This document shows positions 1 to 9,247 of a stretch of 64,000 nt of DNA, one piece after another. This DNA is from a virus: positions 6,208 to 70,207 of IMG/VR virus record IMGVR_UViG_3300033153_007277; one strand, 5' to 3'. How positions within the stretch are numbered: the first letter of the stretch is position 1; every line of letters starts with the position of its first letter. Position numbers and translations under genes: made by a program. A model generated the notes under the pieces. The model did not search any database. It saw only the letters and a list, made by a program, of their open reading frames with translations, and was not told the origin of the DNA.

Positions 1-1
1 G

Positions 2-283
2 GAATCTATAAAAGGTTCTAAAGGTCACGACTCTTTATCTGACACTTCCAAAAGAAATCTAAAAAAATTATTGAAGAGAGGTTATTTCATGGATGAATTT
101 GAAAAAGCAGCAATCGCTATGTTTCAAAACAAGTGGGTACATGATACTGGTAATACTGGTCCTGCCCATCTATTAGTTGAAGATAATTTCGATAGGTATT
201 ACTGCCAAGCAGTTGAGCAAAATATAAAACCAACTATAGTTAACGATAATGTTCAATCTTATGAAGATATAATGAATGGATAA
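2..283 (+). CDS. 5'-truncated protein, probably the C-terminus of a phage replication initiator
   Basis: Frame is open from base 2 (ESIKGSKG...). The C-terminal GPAHLLVEDNFDRY resembles phage replication-protein C-termini, and the ORF overlaps the primase start. Confidence 0.45.
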   Translation, partial: ESIKGSKGHDSLSDTSKRNLKKLLKRGYFMDEFEKAAIAMFQNKWVHDTGNTGPAHLLVEDNFDRYYCQAVEQNIKPTIVNDNVQSYEDIMNG

Positions 284-2084
284 ATTTAGAGAACTAGGAA
301 TCGATTTGAAAGGCAGGACTTCGGGACAGATTAAAACTCTTTGCCCCAATTGTTCTCACCTCAGAAAGAAAAATTCCAAAGAACCATGTCTGTCCGTTAA
401 TATTGACGAAGGAACTTACAACTGCCATCATTGTCAGGCTTTCTCTGGAGGAATAAACGATAACCGTCCAGTCTACAAAAGACCCGACGACAGTAGAATG
501 GTTAGCCCTACCAGCCAGCTATTCGATCACTTCAGAAAAAGAGGTATCAGCAGGGAGGTTGTCCAGGCTAATGATATTTCCTCTTCAGATTCGGGATTAA
601 TTGTTTTTCCGTACAAGAGGAGAGGTGAGTTAATTAACTTTAAAGTTAAGTCGTTCGATAAAAAGAGGATGATGCAAGCTCCAGAAGCTGAGGCTATCAT
701 GTTCAATTACGATAGGTGTATTGGTGAAAAAGAGATCATAATTTGCGAAGGGGAAGAAGATTCTATGGTTTGGGAGATGGCAGGAATCACCTACCACACT
801 TCAGTAAACCAAGGTGCCCCCAACGAAAACGACACCAACATCGATAAGAAACTCCAATGCGTGGACAATTGCTTTGAGATGTTCGAAGCTGCTGATACAA
901 TTTATTTAGGTGCTGATAACGATGCTAATGGTCGTAGATTGAATAAGGAGTTGGCTAGAAGGTTTGGGGCTGAGAAATGTAAGATAATCGATTACGGGAT
1001 CTATAAAGATGCCAATGAAGTATTATTGAACGAAGGTCCAAAGGAACTCCTGAGAATGAAGAAAGACGCTAAGGATGTGCCAGTAAGTGGTATATTCAAC
1101 GCTGACGACATGAGAGGTTCAATGCTCGATAGATACCGTAATGGTAAACCTAGAGGAACTACAACTCATATTAAAGAGATTGATCCAGCATGGACATGGA
1201 AGACTGGAGAAGTTACAACATGGACCGGATACAACAACGAAGGTAAGTCTCAGTTCTTAGAGTATTTAGCAATAGCTAAAGCTTATTGGGACGGATGGAA
1301 GGGGGCTTGGTTTTCTCCTGAGAATACTCCAGTGGAAGATTTCTTCGATGAGATTATTGAGATGTTCGTAGGAAAGTCATGTGACAGGCATTATAGTAGC
1401 TCCAGTCATTATATGAATCAGATGGAGTATGAAGCTGGAATTGATTTTGTGAATAAGCATTTTTTCAATATCATGCCAGACTTAGATTTTACTATTGATA
1501 ATTTATTTGATAAGGCTAGATACTTGGTAAAAAAGAAAGGGATTAGGATTTTAGTAATAGATCCTTACAACTGGGTAGAACATCAAATGAAGCCAGGAGA
1601 ACGAGAAGACTTATATATCTCAAGATTTATGGCACAACTGAAGAACTTTGCTAAAGTAAATGACTTGTCAGTTCATTTAGTAGCCCACCAGACAACCCCA
1701 TCAAAGGATCAGTCAGGAAAATACTATAAACCATCTAAGTATAGAATAAAAGGAGGGGGAACATTTTCGGATAAAACCGATAACGTAAACTTTGTATGGC
1801 GGCCAAACCTTGCTATCGATCATAAAGATAACGAGACTATATTTGGTAGTCAGAAAATTAAGAAACAGAAATTAGTAGGTATTCCTCAAGACATAATGGG
1901 AATAACCTATGACTTGAAATCAAGTAGATATTTATTCAACGGAAAAGATCCGTTCCGAGCCATTGATGAAGATAGGCTGGGGGTTCAAGCAGAAATCAAT
2001 GACGATCCATTCGGGGCAATTCAACCGAACATGGCGTTTGATGATGAAGATGAGCCTGAATTTTGGAGCCAAATAAATGATTGA
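276..2084 (+). CDS. Primase-helicase (Zn-binding domain + TOPRIM + DnaB-like helicase; T7 gp4/Twinkle type)
   Basis: CPNC...CHHC zinc finger, TOPRIM CEGEED and DNDANG, Walker A TGYNNEGKS, Walker B ILVIDP, VHLVAH motif. Confidence 0.93.
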   Translation: MDKFRELGIDLKGRTSGQIKTLCPNCSHLRKKNSKEPCLSVNIDEGTYNCHHCQAFSGGINDNRPVYKRPDDSRMVSPTSQLFDHFRKRGISREVVQANDISSSDSGLIVFPYKRRGELINFKVKSFDKKRMMQAPEAEAIMFNYDRCIGEKEIIICEGEEDSMVWEMAGITYHTSVNQGAPNENDTNIDKKLQCVDNCFEMFEAADTIYLGADNDANGRRLNKELARRFGAEKCKIIDYGIYKDANEVLLNEGPKELLRMKKDAKDVPVSGIFNADDMRGSMLDRYRNGKPRGTTTHIKEIDPAWTWKTGEVTTWTGYNNEGKSQFLEYLAIAKAYWDGWKGAWFSPENTPVEDFFDEIIEMFVGKSCDRHYSSSSHYMNQMEYEAGIDFVNKHFFNIMPDLDFTIDNLFDKARYLVKKKGIRILVIDPYNWVEHQMKPGEREDLYISRFMAQLKNFAKVNDLSVHLVAHQTTPSKDQSGKYYKPSKYRIKGGGTFSDKTDNVNFVWRPNLAIDHKDNETIFGSQKIKKQKLVGIPQDIMGITYDLKSSRYLFNGKDPFRAIDEDRLGVQAEINDDPFGAIQPNMAFDDEDEPEFWSQIND

Positions 2085-2087
2085 GAT

Positions 2088-2345
2088 ATGACAGAACAAG
2101 AATTAATAGAAAAGATTGACACAGGAATCGTAATAGTTGTTGACACAAGTAATTATCTAGCATCATACTCAGAGGAAGTTCCTTTTAAGGCAGAGGTTGA
2201 ATTTGTGACAGATTATCCAATGCTTACTGTAAAAAGTATGAGCACAAGTAAAGTGTATGAGTTATATCCTAATCAGATACTTGAATGTATGAGTATGGTG
2301 CAGATTCAAAATATGATTAATATTAAAAAATACGGAGAGATATGA
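2088..2345 (+). CDS. hypothetical protein
   Basis: ATG ORF packed directly after the helicase. Confidence 0.6.
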   Translation: MTEQELIEKIDTGIVIVVDTSNYLASYSEEVPFKAEVEFVTDYPMLTVKSMSTSKVYELYPNQILECMSMVQIQNMINIKKYGEI

Positions 2346-2424
2346 AATTATCGCCAAGAGCAATAGGAAATTTGACTGCAGGATCGACCTTCGCAGCAAT
2401 AATGATTTTAATGTATTTATTGAC

Positions 2425-2595
2425 ATGAAATTTAAAATAACAAAAGAATCGGACATTAAAGAAGTTGCCACAAGAATGGCAAATGAAGTGTTTAAGGCTT
2501 TGTCAAAAGGACTTAATGACCGTATTAAACAAATTGAAGAAGATGTGATCGTGGAGGTTAATATTGATGTTAATATTAAAAGTGATGATTCATAA
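2425..2595 (+). CDS. small hypothetical protein (56 aa, MKFKITKESDIKEV...)
   Basis: Read manually; below the ORF-track cutoff; fills a gap in the + strand operon. Confidence 0.45.
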   Translation: MKFKITKESDIKEVATRMANEVFKALSKGLNDRIKQIEEDVIVEVNIDVNIKSDDS

Positions 2596-2610
2596 TTATA
2601 AATAATTGAT

Positions 2611-3141
2611 ATGAGCGACAACATGCCATTTCCCCAAGAAGATCCTCTGCTAGAAGAGATAGAGTTAATCACTCACTTCTACGCCCGAGAGGATGCCATG
2701 AAAGAAGGTCTTTCCGAGGCAATATTAAAACTAATAGAAGATTATGGAAGAGGAACATCCAATAGTAATGAGGTTCACGATGATAGTGGTAGTACTGTTT
2801 CTAGTGTACTTAGCACTGGTCATCAAGAGCTCGACACAAGTCTCAGATTGGTCTCAAGAGCCATTGAAGAGTACGAAGGAAATCCAACCCCCACAAGGGA
2901 TGACATCAGCAGACATCTACAGATGATATCTTCCCATGTATTCTTCCTAGAGGTTTTCAGATCAGATTACCACAAGAAATGGAACTCAGTAGTACATGGG
3001 TTTACTGGACCAAAAACCAGAGCTGAGATTGAGGCGAATGAGGAGGTGCCACAATTGTATATGTTGAGGAAGGTTACCGGGGCTGCCAATAAATCTATGG
3101 ATGCGATGAGGAGTCAACTTAGTGCAATGAAGAACAATTAA
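2611..3141 (+). CDS. hypothetical helical protein
   Basis: 176 aa ATG ORF in operon. Confidence 0.7.
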   Translation: MSDNMPFPQEDPLLEEIELITHFYAREDAMKEGLSEAILKLIEDYGRGTSNSNEVHDDSGSTVSSVLSTGHQELDTSLRLVSRAIEEYEGNPTPTRDDISRHLQMISSHVFFLEVFRSDYHKKWNSVVHGFTGPKTRAEIEANEEVPQLYMLRKVTGAANKSMDAMRSQLSAMKNN

Positions 3142-3153
3142 AAAATTAGAAAG

Positions 3154-3387
3154 ATGAAAATTTTATTAACAATAACCTTGCTAATATTGATAGCAACTTT
3201 TTTAGTTGTATGGTATTTTAAAAGAAAAAGGAAGGTAAAGAAGATATACTGTGTATCTGATTTTCCAAAACCAATAAATGGAGTAATACAACTTAAAAGC
3301 AATACAACTTATAGATTGATGAATGATTTAGACCTAGGAGATAACACCATCGTAATCAAGTCGGATACTACTATAATGGGAGATTGA
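3154..3387 (+). CDS. small membrane-anchored protein with a tail-spike-like motif
   Basis: N-terminal hydrophobic helix followed by a basic stretch; the remainder aligns by eye with the N-terminus of 13173..14672. Confidence 0.6.
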   Translation: MKILLTITLLILIATFLVVWYFKRKRKVKKIYCVSDFPKPINGVIQLKSNTTYRLMNDLDLGDNTIVIKSDTTIMGD

Positions 3388-3411
3388 ATAACAAATACAA
3401 AACCTTAGTAA

Positions 3412-3618
3412 ATGTTCTGTCCTAAATGCAAAAATAGAGAATCGAAAAAGCAGATTGAAGGCTTTGAAGAATTGAAAGCGATTCAGAAAAAGAGGTATGG
3501 CAAAATACCTTGTAATAATTGTCTAATCGAATTGATAGGAGGATATAACGAATATGAGAAACAAAAAATAAACCAAATACTCAAAGAAATGGGTATTGAA
3601 AAACCTTCGAACAAATGA
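3412..3618 (+). CDS. small zinc-finger protein
   Basis: CPKC and CNNC pairs. Confidence 0.6.
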   Translation: MFCPKCKNRESKKQIEGFEELKAIQKKRYGKIPCNNCLIELIGGYNEYEKQKINQILKEMGIEKPSNK

Positions 3619-3658
3619 AAGCTTTTAAAAAGGCAGATGAACTAATAAATAATAAGTA

Positions 3659-4183
3659 ATGGGAAAGCAAACAGAATTAGTAGTGTGTAAGTCATGCGAA
3701 GAAACAGATATAATAGCCGAAGGTTCTTCATGCAAAAATTGCGGAGAAGTCTACAAGAAAGAGAAAATCAAGAAACCTTCTGCCATGGAAATCTATGTTC
3801 ATGAAGTATCAGAAGCTAGAGATAAGTACATCAAGGCGATGAGGAAAGAGAAGCTTTCTAAGGAAGAGAAATTGGAGATGTATAAGGAAGAGGACAAGGG
3901 TGTTATTTCTTTCAAGGAGGAGTTGCTGGAGTCGGATGAAATGAAATCTTACTTTGACAAGATTCAGGGTGCTAGGGAGAAGTTTATGGAAGATAAATTG
4001 AAGGAGCATTTGAGTGAGGGGGATCGGGCTAAGTTTGAAACTTATAAGGAGTTGGCAGATTATTTCGCTGGTGAGGGGGTTGTGAAGACTTTGTACCAGG
4101 GATCAGGGTACTCAGATTCAAAGTATGGCATAATGATTAATGGGAAAGAGTATTGGCTTAAGGAAAGTGATATTGAAATATAG
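3659..4183 (+). CDS. hypothetical protein with N-terminal zinc ribbon
   Basis: CKSC...CKNC. Confidence 0.7.
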   Translation: MGKQTELVVCKSCEETDIIAEGSSCKNCGEVYKKEKIKKPSAMEIYVHEVSEARDKYIKAMRKEKLSKEEKLEMYKEEDKGVISFKEELLESDEMKSYFDKIQGAREKFMEDKLKEHLSEGDRAKFETYKELADYFAGEGVVKTLYQGSGYSDSKYGIMINGKEYWLKESDIEI

Positions 4184-4186
4184 TTG

Positions 4187-4265
4187 TATATTTGATATGG
4201 AGTTCAGACTTAGCGGTTTGACGCAAGAGGTTCACGTTCCTGCTCCATATCTCTAACAACGTGAA
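4187..4265 (+). ncRNA. Promoter plus structured leader RNA (three-way junction with pseudoknot), copy A, upstream of HNH gene
   Basis: TATATTTG 4187-4194; P1 4194-4203/4242-4251; P2 4204-4209/4216-4221; P3 AGG/CCT; loop TTCACGTT complementary to AACGTGAA 4258-4265. Confidence 0.65.
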
Positions 4266-4280
4266 TAAAAACGTATTAAA

Positions 4281-4820
4281 ATGGAAAAAGAAAGGTGGTT
4301 ACCCATTGAAAATTATGAAGATTACTACGAAGTATCTAATTACGGAAACGTTAGATCGCTAGAAAGGACCTACGTAAATGTTAATATACGAGGTAAAAGA
4401 GGAAAGATTCTAAAAGGAGGAAAAGATACTAAAGGGTACATGTTTTTTTCATTTAGCGTAGAAAGTGTCAAAAAAAAGATGTGGGCGCACAGACTTGTGT
4501 ACCAGGCTTTCGTAGGAGAGCTAATAGAAGGTATGGTAATAAACCATATAGATCATGATGAATTAAACAATTATTACAAAAACTTAGAGCAAATAACTAA
4601 AAGAGCTAATAGTTCTCATGGAAATAAAACTAAAAAAACTTCCAGTGAGTATACAGGAGTATACCTACATAAAGCCTCAAGAAAATGGATGTCTAGAATA
4701 AATATAAATAACAAGACGATATATCTAGGGCATTTTAAAGTAGAAGAAGATGCGGCTAGAGCTTATGACGCTGCATTAATAAAATACGGATTAGAAAACA
4801 AATACAAAAACTTTAACTAA
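4281..4820 (+). CDS. NUMOD4-HNH homing endonuclease with C-terminal AP2 domain
   Basis: ERWLPIENYEDYYEVSNYGNVRS (NUMOD4); HRLVY...VINHIDHD..NN..NLE (HNH); SEYTGV...YLGHF..EEDAARAYD (AP2). Confidence 0.9.
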   Translation: MEKERWLPIENYEDYYEVSNYGNVRSLERTYVNVNIRGKRGKILKGGKDTKGYMFFSFSVESVKKKMWAHRLVYQAFVGELIEGMVINHIDHDELNNYYKNLEQITKRANSSHGNKTKKTSSEYTGVYLHKASRKWMSRININNKTIYLGHFKVEEDAARAYDAALIKYGLENKYKNFN

Positions 4821-5275
4821 TGGAAGAAGATAAATCTATAATAGATACTCATTTTACAGGTACGTCTGGAATACAGTTTGGTAATCCGATGAGTTCATGT
4901 TTCTTAGAGGTTAGTTCGATTTACGACAATGAAGAGATGTACGAAGAGTTGAACCCGAACCGCACTAAAGCGATAATCCTATGGATACTCGTGTATTCAT
5001 TGATAGTGATAGAAGTGTTAGTTTCATTGGCTATTGGGGCATTGCTATATTACTGGATCCAAACTCCCCTTCAGGGTATCGCTTCTGCATTCCTATCTAT
5101 TCAAATGATCAGGATATTCCCATTAATAACTGTAGATTTCTTCGAAGAAAAAATACCTTCTACATCGAAAATGCTTACTAAATGGAGAAAAGTGACAAAA
5201 GTAGATGGATTTATTCCGCTGAAACATTCAATTAAAGATAACTACAAAAAAGAAGGAAATGGCTATAAAAAATAA
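4820..5275 (+). CDS. hypothetical membrane protein
   Basis: Two hydrophobic segments. Confidence 0.65.
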   Translation: MEEDKSIIDTHFTGTSGIQFGNPMSSCFLEVSSIYDNEEMYEELNPNRTKAIILWILVYSLIVIEVLVSLAIGALLYYWIQTPLQGIASAFLSIQMIRIFPLITVDFFEEKIPSTSKMLTKWRKVTKVDGFIPLKHSIKDNYKKEGNGYKK

Positions 5276-5477
5276 ACACTACGCAATCCGAATGGCTGAT
5301 GAGATTCAATCCCTTCGTGAAAAATTAAGAATACTGGTCACTGATCCAAAATCCACGGCAGCTACACTTATAAAATTGGAAGTTAAGACAGAGGCTGATG
5401 CTGAGGATGCTGCATGGTTTGGAGATACATCTAAAAAAGGAAACGGACTTATCGATCAAATAGAAACCGATGAGTAG
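5259..5477 (+). CDS. hypothetical protein
   Basis: Overlapping-operon ATG ORF. Confidence 0.6.
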   Translation: MAIKNKHYAIRMADEIQSLREKLRILVTDPKSTAATLIKLEVKTEADAEDAAWFGDTSKKGNGLIDQIETDE

Positions 5478-5910
5478 GGCTTCAGAGAAATATTCGGAAA
5501 TGATGAATCAAATCCTTGGCAAGAAGGATGAGATTGTTAATGGAAAGTATCCAATTAGATTAAGCACATGGCATCTTAGGGATAAACCTAAAAAAGCCGT
5601 AAATTTAGATGCTGTAGACGATTTGTTTTCTGATGATTTAACGCTGAAGAAGTTGAGAGATCCCAGAAGAAAGAAGGAAAAGGAATATATTGCCAAAAAT
5701 ATTGTTGTGTCTGGAACTTCGAAAGAAATATGGAGGATGACCACAAGCGACAATTACTTGTTTCAAGTATTCTCCGATGTGTTTGGTAAAAGTAAAGCTG
5801 CCAAGAAAATTAAGGAGGGAAAGATTGAGGTTGTGAGAGTGGAACTTGATAGTGAAATATTGGGATGGGGTGTTGGTCAGCTGTCTCCAGAATTGTTGTT
5901 CGATTATTAA
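5470..5910 (+). CDS. hypothetical protein
   Basis: Overlapping-operon ATG ORF. Confidence 0.65.
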   Translation: MSRASEKYSEMMNQILGKKDEIVNGKYPIRLSTWHLRDKPKKAVNLDAVDDLFSDDLTLKKLRDPRRKKEKEYIAKNIVVSGTSKEIWRMTTSDNYLFQVFSDVFGKSKAAKKIKEGKIEVVRVELDSEILGWGVGQLSPELLFDY

Positions 5911-5922
5911 TTAAAAAACATT

Positions 5923-6231
5923 ATGAAAAAAATTATCGATAAAATATTTAATAAACTAGGGTACATTCCTAAGCCAAAAGAAATTCCTGTAAATGCTTGT
6001 TACGGACAAGAGAGGTTGGTTTTAATTAAAATAGAGAAGAGGATCAGCAAGAAAGAGATATTGGAAATGAACGGAAACATCTCTATGGCAATGTATAGTC
6101 TTAAGAGAGAAATGAGGGAAGAACTTTTTATTGAATTAGAAAAATTCACAGAAATAAGACATGTAGCTATGCATGATTATAATCAGCTTGAATTAATATT
6201 AAGAGTTGTTGACCTTGGGAAAGAAAAATAA
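5923..6231 (+). CDS. hypothetical protein
   Basis: ATG ORF with A-rich leader. Confidence 0.6.
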   Translation: MKKIIDKIFNKLGYIPKPKEIPVNACYGQERLVLIKIEKRISKKEILEMNGNISMAMYSLKREMREELFIELEKFTEIRHVAMHDYNQLELILRVVDLGKEK

Positions 6232-6616
6232 ATATAATGCTAAGAAAGTTGTTTGGGACGGTAAGACGTTCGACTCCACCAGAGAATGTTATGCCTATAA
6301 ATTATTCACCAATTTAAAAATTCCCTTTAAATGGCAGGTAAGATATGAGCTTGTTCCAAAGTTCGAGTTCAACGGAATCAAGATTCAGGCATTGACTATG
6401 ATTATCGACTATATAGTTGACACCCCCACTCATAAGATAGCTGTCGATGTCAAAGGTCATGTCACAGAAGTTGCCAAAATAAAATATAAGATGTTGAAGT
6501 TTCAGCAGCAGGAGATGGTATTTAGAGATTACGAAGAAGTAGTGTGGTTACATAGCGAATCTGAGATAAATGGATTTGCATTTAAAATTAGAGATCAATG
6601 GCGAAATTCGAATTAA
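6206..6616 (+). CDS. DUF1064-family PD-(D/E)XK endonuclease
   Basis: NKYNAKKV..DG.TFDS..E...Y and ID...DVKG motifs; exact start uncertain. Confidence 0.8.
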   Translation: MLTLGKKNKYNAKKVVWDGKTFDSTRECYAYKLFTNLKIPFKWQVRYELVPKFEFNGIKIQALTMIIDYIVDTPTHKIAVDVKGHVTEVAKIKYKMLKFQQQEMVFRDYEEVVWLHSESEINGFAFKIRDQWRNSN

Positions 6617-6870
6617 GTTTAGGTAAACCCGGGCTAATAAAAATATTTCCCAACTTCAATCGAAGCGGAGATCAACCGGAATATAGAGGCATCATGACTG
6701 ATGATATTGGTGATGAGTATATTGTGTCGCTGTGGGCGAAGAAGGGTGCCAAGGGAGGAAAATATTTGACGGGGAGAGTTACTAGGAAGAGTGATTTGGA
6801 GAGTGTGATTAAGAAGCAGGATGTTGAGAGAGATGACAAAGTGGATGATGATGTTGATTTATTTGATTAA
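6598..6870 (+). CDS. DUF736-like OB-fold ssDNA-binding protein
   Basis: QPEYRG...VSLW.K....GKYL motif and acidic tail DDDVDLFD. Confidence 0.6.
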   Translation: MAKFELSLGKPGLIKIFPNFNRSGDQPEYRGIMTDDIGDEYIVSLWAKKGAKGGKYLTGRVTRKSDLESVIKKQDVERDDKVDDDVDLFD

Positions 6871-6886
6871 ACTATAAATTTTAGAT

Positions 6887-7294
6887 ATGAATAAGGAGGA
6901 AATAAGAAAAATACTACTCAAAGAACTAACGTCTAATTATGATGAAGGAAATATTGAAGATGGAGGCATAGGAGGCGGTGACGAATGTATTGATAAGATA
7001 TTTAGCTTAATGGGCCAACAATCCAAAGCTAAAGATGAGGAGATAGAGGAAGCTAAAGCAAAAGCATTTAGAGCAGGAAGCGCAATGTTTGATTTAAAGA
7101 AAGAGATAGCCGAACTGAAAGAAGGAATAAAAAAAGTTGCTGTCAGGTTTTCAAGAGGTAGGGACATTCACGCAAATAGGATGCAAGAAAAAGATGTTTC
7201 ACCTATTAAAAAAAATAGAGCATCATACTTAATGAATCATTGCGAAACTATTGTGTTGTCATTAGAGCTACTACTAAACCAAAACAGAGATTAA
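6887..7294 (+). CDS. hypothetical protein sharing a domain with 61226..61522
   Basis: SPIKKNRASYLMNHC segment. Confidence 0.65.
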   Translation: MNKEEIRKILLKELTSNYDEGNIEDGGIGGGDECIDKIFSLMGQQSKAKDEEIEEAKAKAFRAGSAMFDLKKEIAELKEGIKKVAVRFSRGRDIHANRMQEKDVSPIKKNRASYLMNHCETIVLSLELLLNQNRD

Positions 7295-7302
7295 AAAAAA
7301 GC

Positions 7303-7575
7303 ATGAGGTACTATATTTACGTTTATTGGCAGCAAGGAAATGTTGGTGCTAAACAAGTTGACACACTAGAAGAACAGCCAAAAGAAGGATTTGCAACCGA
7401 AAGTAAAGCAGAAGAATATTTGCTTGATTTAATTGAAAAGAGAAAAGGATACTATTTTGACAGGGATTGGTATAAGTTTACTATTCTAAAAACGTGGAAC
7501 TCTAAAAGTGCGTTGGATAAACAACAATTAAACAATAACAGCCTTAATAAAGAAAAAGCTGTAAAACTTAAATAG
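7303..7575 (+). CDS. hypothetical protein
   Basis: ATG at 7303 (MRYYIYV) preferred over the upstream TTG. Confidence 0.55.
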   Translation: MRYYIYVYWQQGNVGAKQVDTLEEQPKEGFATESKAEEYLLDLIEKRKGYYFDRDWYKFTILKTWNSKSALDKQQLNNNSLNKEKAVKLK

Positions 7576-7578
7576 AAG

Positions 7579-7785
7579 ATGATGGAAATAGCATTAGTAT
7601 CTGCATTAATACAATATGAGGACTTACCTGTAAGTAGAAGGCAGCTCACCAAACAAATAAGAGAGTTTAATAATTTTGAGATGAGTATGACCTCTCGAAA
7701 GAAGTTACTACTAAATGATTTAAATGAGTTAAAGAGATTTGCTTTGTTTGTTAAATCCAATCCTAAACCACCTAAGAAACAATAA
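7579..7785 (+). CDS. hypothetical protein
   Basis: ATG ORF in operon. Confidence 0.5.
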   Translation: MMEIALVSALIQYEDLPVSRRQLTKQIREFNNFEMSMTSRKKLLLNDLNELKRFALFVKSNPKPPKKQ

Positions 7786-7887
7786 CTAAAAAGAGAAACT
7801 ATGATGTATATCACTCGACATGGAAAGCTAGTGTACTTCATAGGGCAGTCTGCAATAGAGATTATTGGGTTTAATAAAAACTTTTTA

Positions 7888-7986
7888 TACATTTGCATTC
7901 GTAGCTCGGGCTTATAATCCGATGCAAAAGGTTTCATCAACTTACCTGCTACGATTCTTTTAAATAGTTGGTGTAAATAAAGTTGA
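7888..7986 (+). ncRNA. Promoter plus structured leader RNA, copy B, upstream of HNH gene
   Basis: TACATTTG 7888-7895; P1 7899-7905/7948-7954; P2 7906-7910/7918-7922; P3 AGGT/ACCT; loop complementary to 7966-7973 and 7980-7986. Confidence 0.65.
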
Positions 7987-7990
7987 AATT

Positions 7991-8521
7991 ATGGAAGAAG
8001 AAATTTGGTTGCCAGTTGTGGGTTATGAAGGCTATTACGAAATTAGCAATGAAGGTAAGGTTAAAAACCTAGAAAGAAAAGTTAAAAGTAGATATGGGCT
8101 TAGATCGGTGCGAGAAAGAATTTTAAAAATAGATTTAGGCTCAAGAGGATACATGATGGCTGATTTAAGTGTTAATTGCATAAAAATTAAATATAGTGTA
8201 CATAGATTAGTAGCGATAGCTTTTTTAAAAAACAGCAATAATAAAGAGCAGGTTAACCATATAAACGGAATTAAAACAGATAATCGTGTTGAAAACTTAG
8301 AATGGTGTACTCAGTCTGAAAACATGAAACACGCTTTTGAAAATAATTTATATAAAATTGGAGAATCACACCACCAGTCTAAATTAACTGAATTAGAAGT
8401 TGTAAAAATAAAAGAATTAATATCAAAAAAAATACCGTATAGAGCTATAGGTAAAAAGTTCAATGTAACAGCTTCGACTATATACGATATAAATAAAGGT
8501 AAAAATTGGAAACATATATAA
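7991..8521 (+). CDS. NUMOD4-HNH homing endonuclease with C-terminal HTH
   Basis: EIWLPVVGYEGYYEISNEG (NUMOD4); VHRLVAIAF...VNHINGIKTDNRVENLEW (HNH); SKLTE..V...IGKKFNV (HTH). Confidence 0.92.
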   Translation: MEEEIWLPVVGYEGYYEISNEGKVKNLERKVKSRYGLRSVRERILKIDLGSRGYMMADLSVNCIKIKYSVHRLVAIAFLKNSNNKEQVNHINGIKTDNRVENLEWCTQSENMKHAFENNLYKIGESHHQSKLTELEVVKIKELISKKIPYRAIGKKFNVTASTIYDINKGKNWKHI

Positions 8522-8543
8522 ATAAAATCAAAAAATAAATAAA

Positions 8544-8891
8544 ATGGAACTAAAACTAAAAGGAAAAGTAAAAGAGATAATGGCTGTAGAAAATTTTGAC
8601 AGTGGTTTTTCTAAAAGGCAGTTTGTGATAACTACAGATGATACCTACCCTCAAGATGTAGTATTTGAGTTGATAAAAGATAAGTGCGATTTGATAGATC
8701 CGTATGCCATAGGAAGTGATGTTGAAGTGTCATTTAATGTTCGAGGAAATTTTTACAATGGTAAATATTACACAAATATTCAGGCGTGGAAACTTGCGGG
8801 AACTGCTGCAGCGCCAGCCAAAAAAGCTCCCCCTACTCCTGCAGCTGCTCCATTCGAAGTAGATGAAAGTGATGACAATACTCCATTTTGA
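8544..8891 (+). CDS. DUF3127-family ssDNA-binding protein (Bacteroidota type)
   Basis: F.KR.FVI.T...YPQ.V.F...V.F..RG..YNGKYY..I.AW and acidic tail ending DDNTPF. Confidence 0.88.
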   Translation: MELKLKGKVKEIMAVENFDSGFSKRQFVITTDDTYPQDVVFELIKDKCDLIDPYAIGSDVEVSFNVRGNFYNGKYYTNIQAWKLAGTAAAPAKKAPPTPAAAPFEVDESDDNTPF

Positions 8892-8898
8892 TCTAACT

Positions 8899-8928
8899 AG
8901 CCGACTCATGACGGGTCGGCTTTTTTTT
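8899..8928 (+). terminator. intrinsic terminator
   Basis: AGCCGACTC/GGGTCGGCT stem followed by T8. Confidence 0.8.
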
Positions 8929-8930
8929 AT

Positions 8931-8938
8931 TATATTTG
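8931..8938 (+). promoter_or_regulatory. Bacteroidota sigma-A -7 element
   Basis: TATATTTG directly after the terminator and upstream of 8978. Confidence 0.55.
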
Positions 8939-8977
8939 CAGTGGCGATATTGCCACTATATATAAATTAATAAAGAC

Positions 8978-9247
8978 ATGTTTATTTTAAGAAAAATCAC
9001 AGGTAAAAACCTGAACGGAAACATCGAAATGAATTTTAATCTAGGTAATAGTTATACAGTTATTACAGAAGAAAGAAACCCAGAACAATTTAAAGAAGCT
9101 GTAAATAAAGGAGCAATATTATGTGACCCTATTATTTATGGCTTTGTAACAGACGAAGGAGGTGAGGTTCATCAATTGTCAGTTCAACAACAGTCATATA
9201 TCATGACAGAAACAGGAAAAACATTTGATAATTTGACTATTAAATAA
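8978..9247 (+). CDS. hypothetical protein
   Basis: ORF bounded by a promoter and a terminator. Confidence 0.7.
   Translation: MFILRKITGKNLNGNIEMNFNLGNSYTVITEERNPEQFKEAVNKGAILCDPIIYGFVTDEGGEVHQLSVQQQSYIMTETGKTFDNLTIK

Noticed and set aside
4194-4265. HDV-like/theta ribozyme, because loop TTCACGT resembles HDV-like L3
   Set aside because: Helix order does not match the nested double pseudoknot, and copy B has a different loop that covaries with a downstream partner
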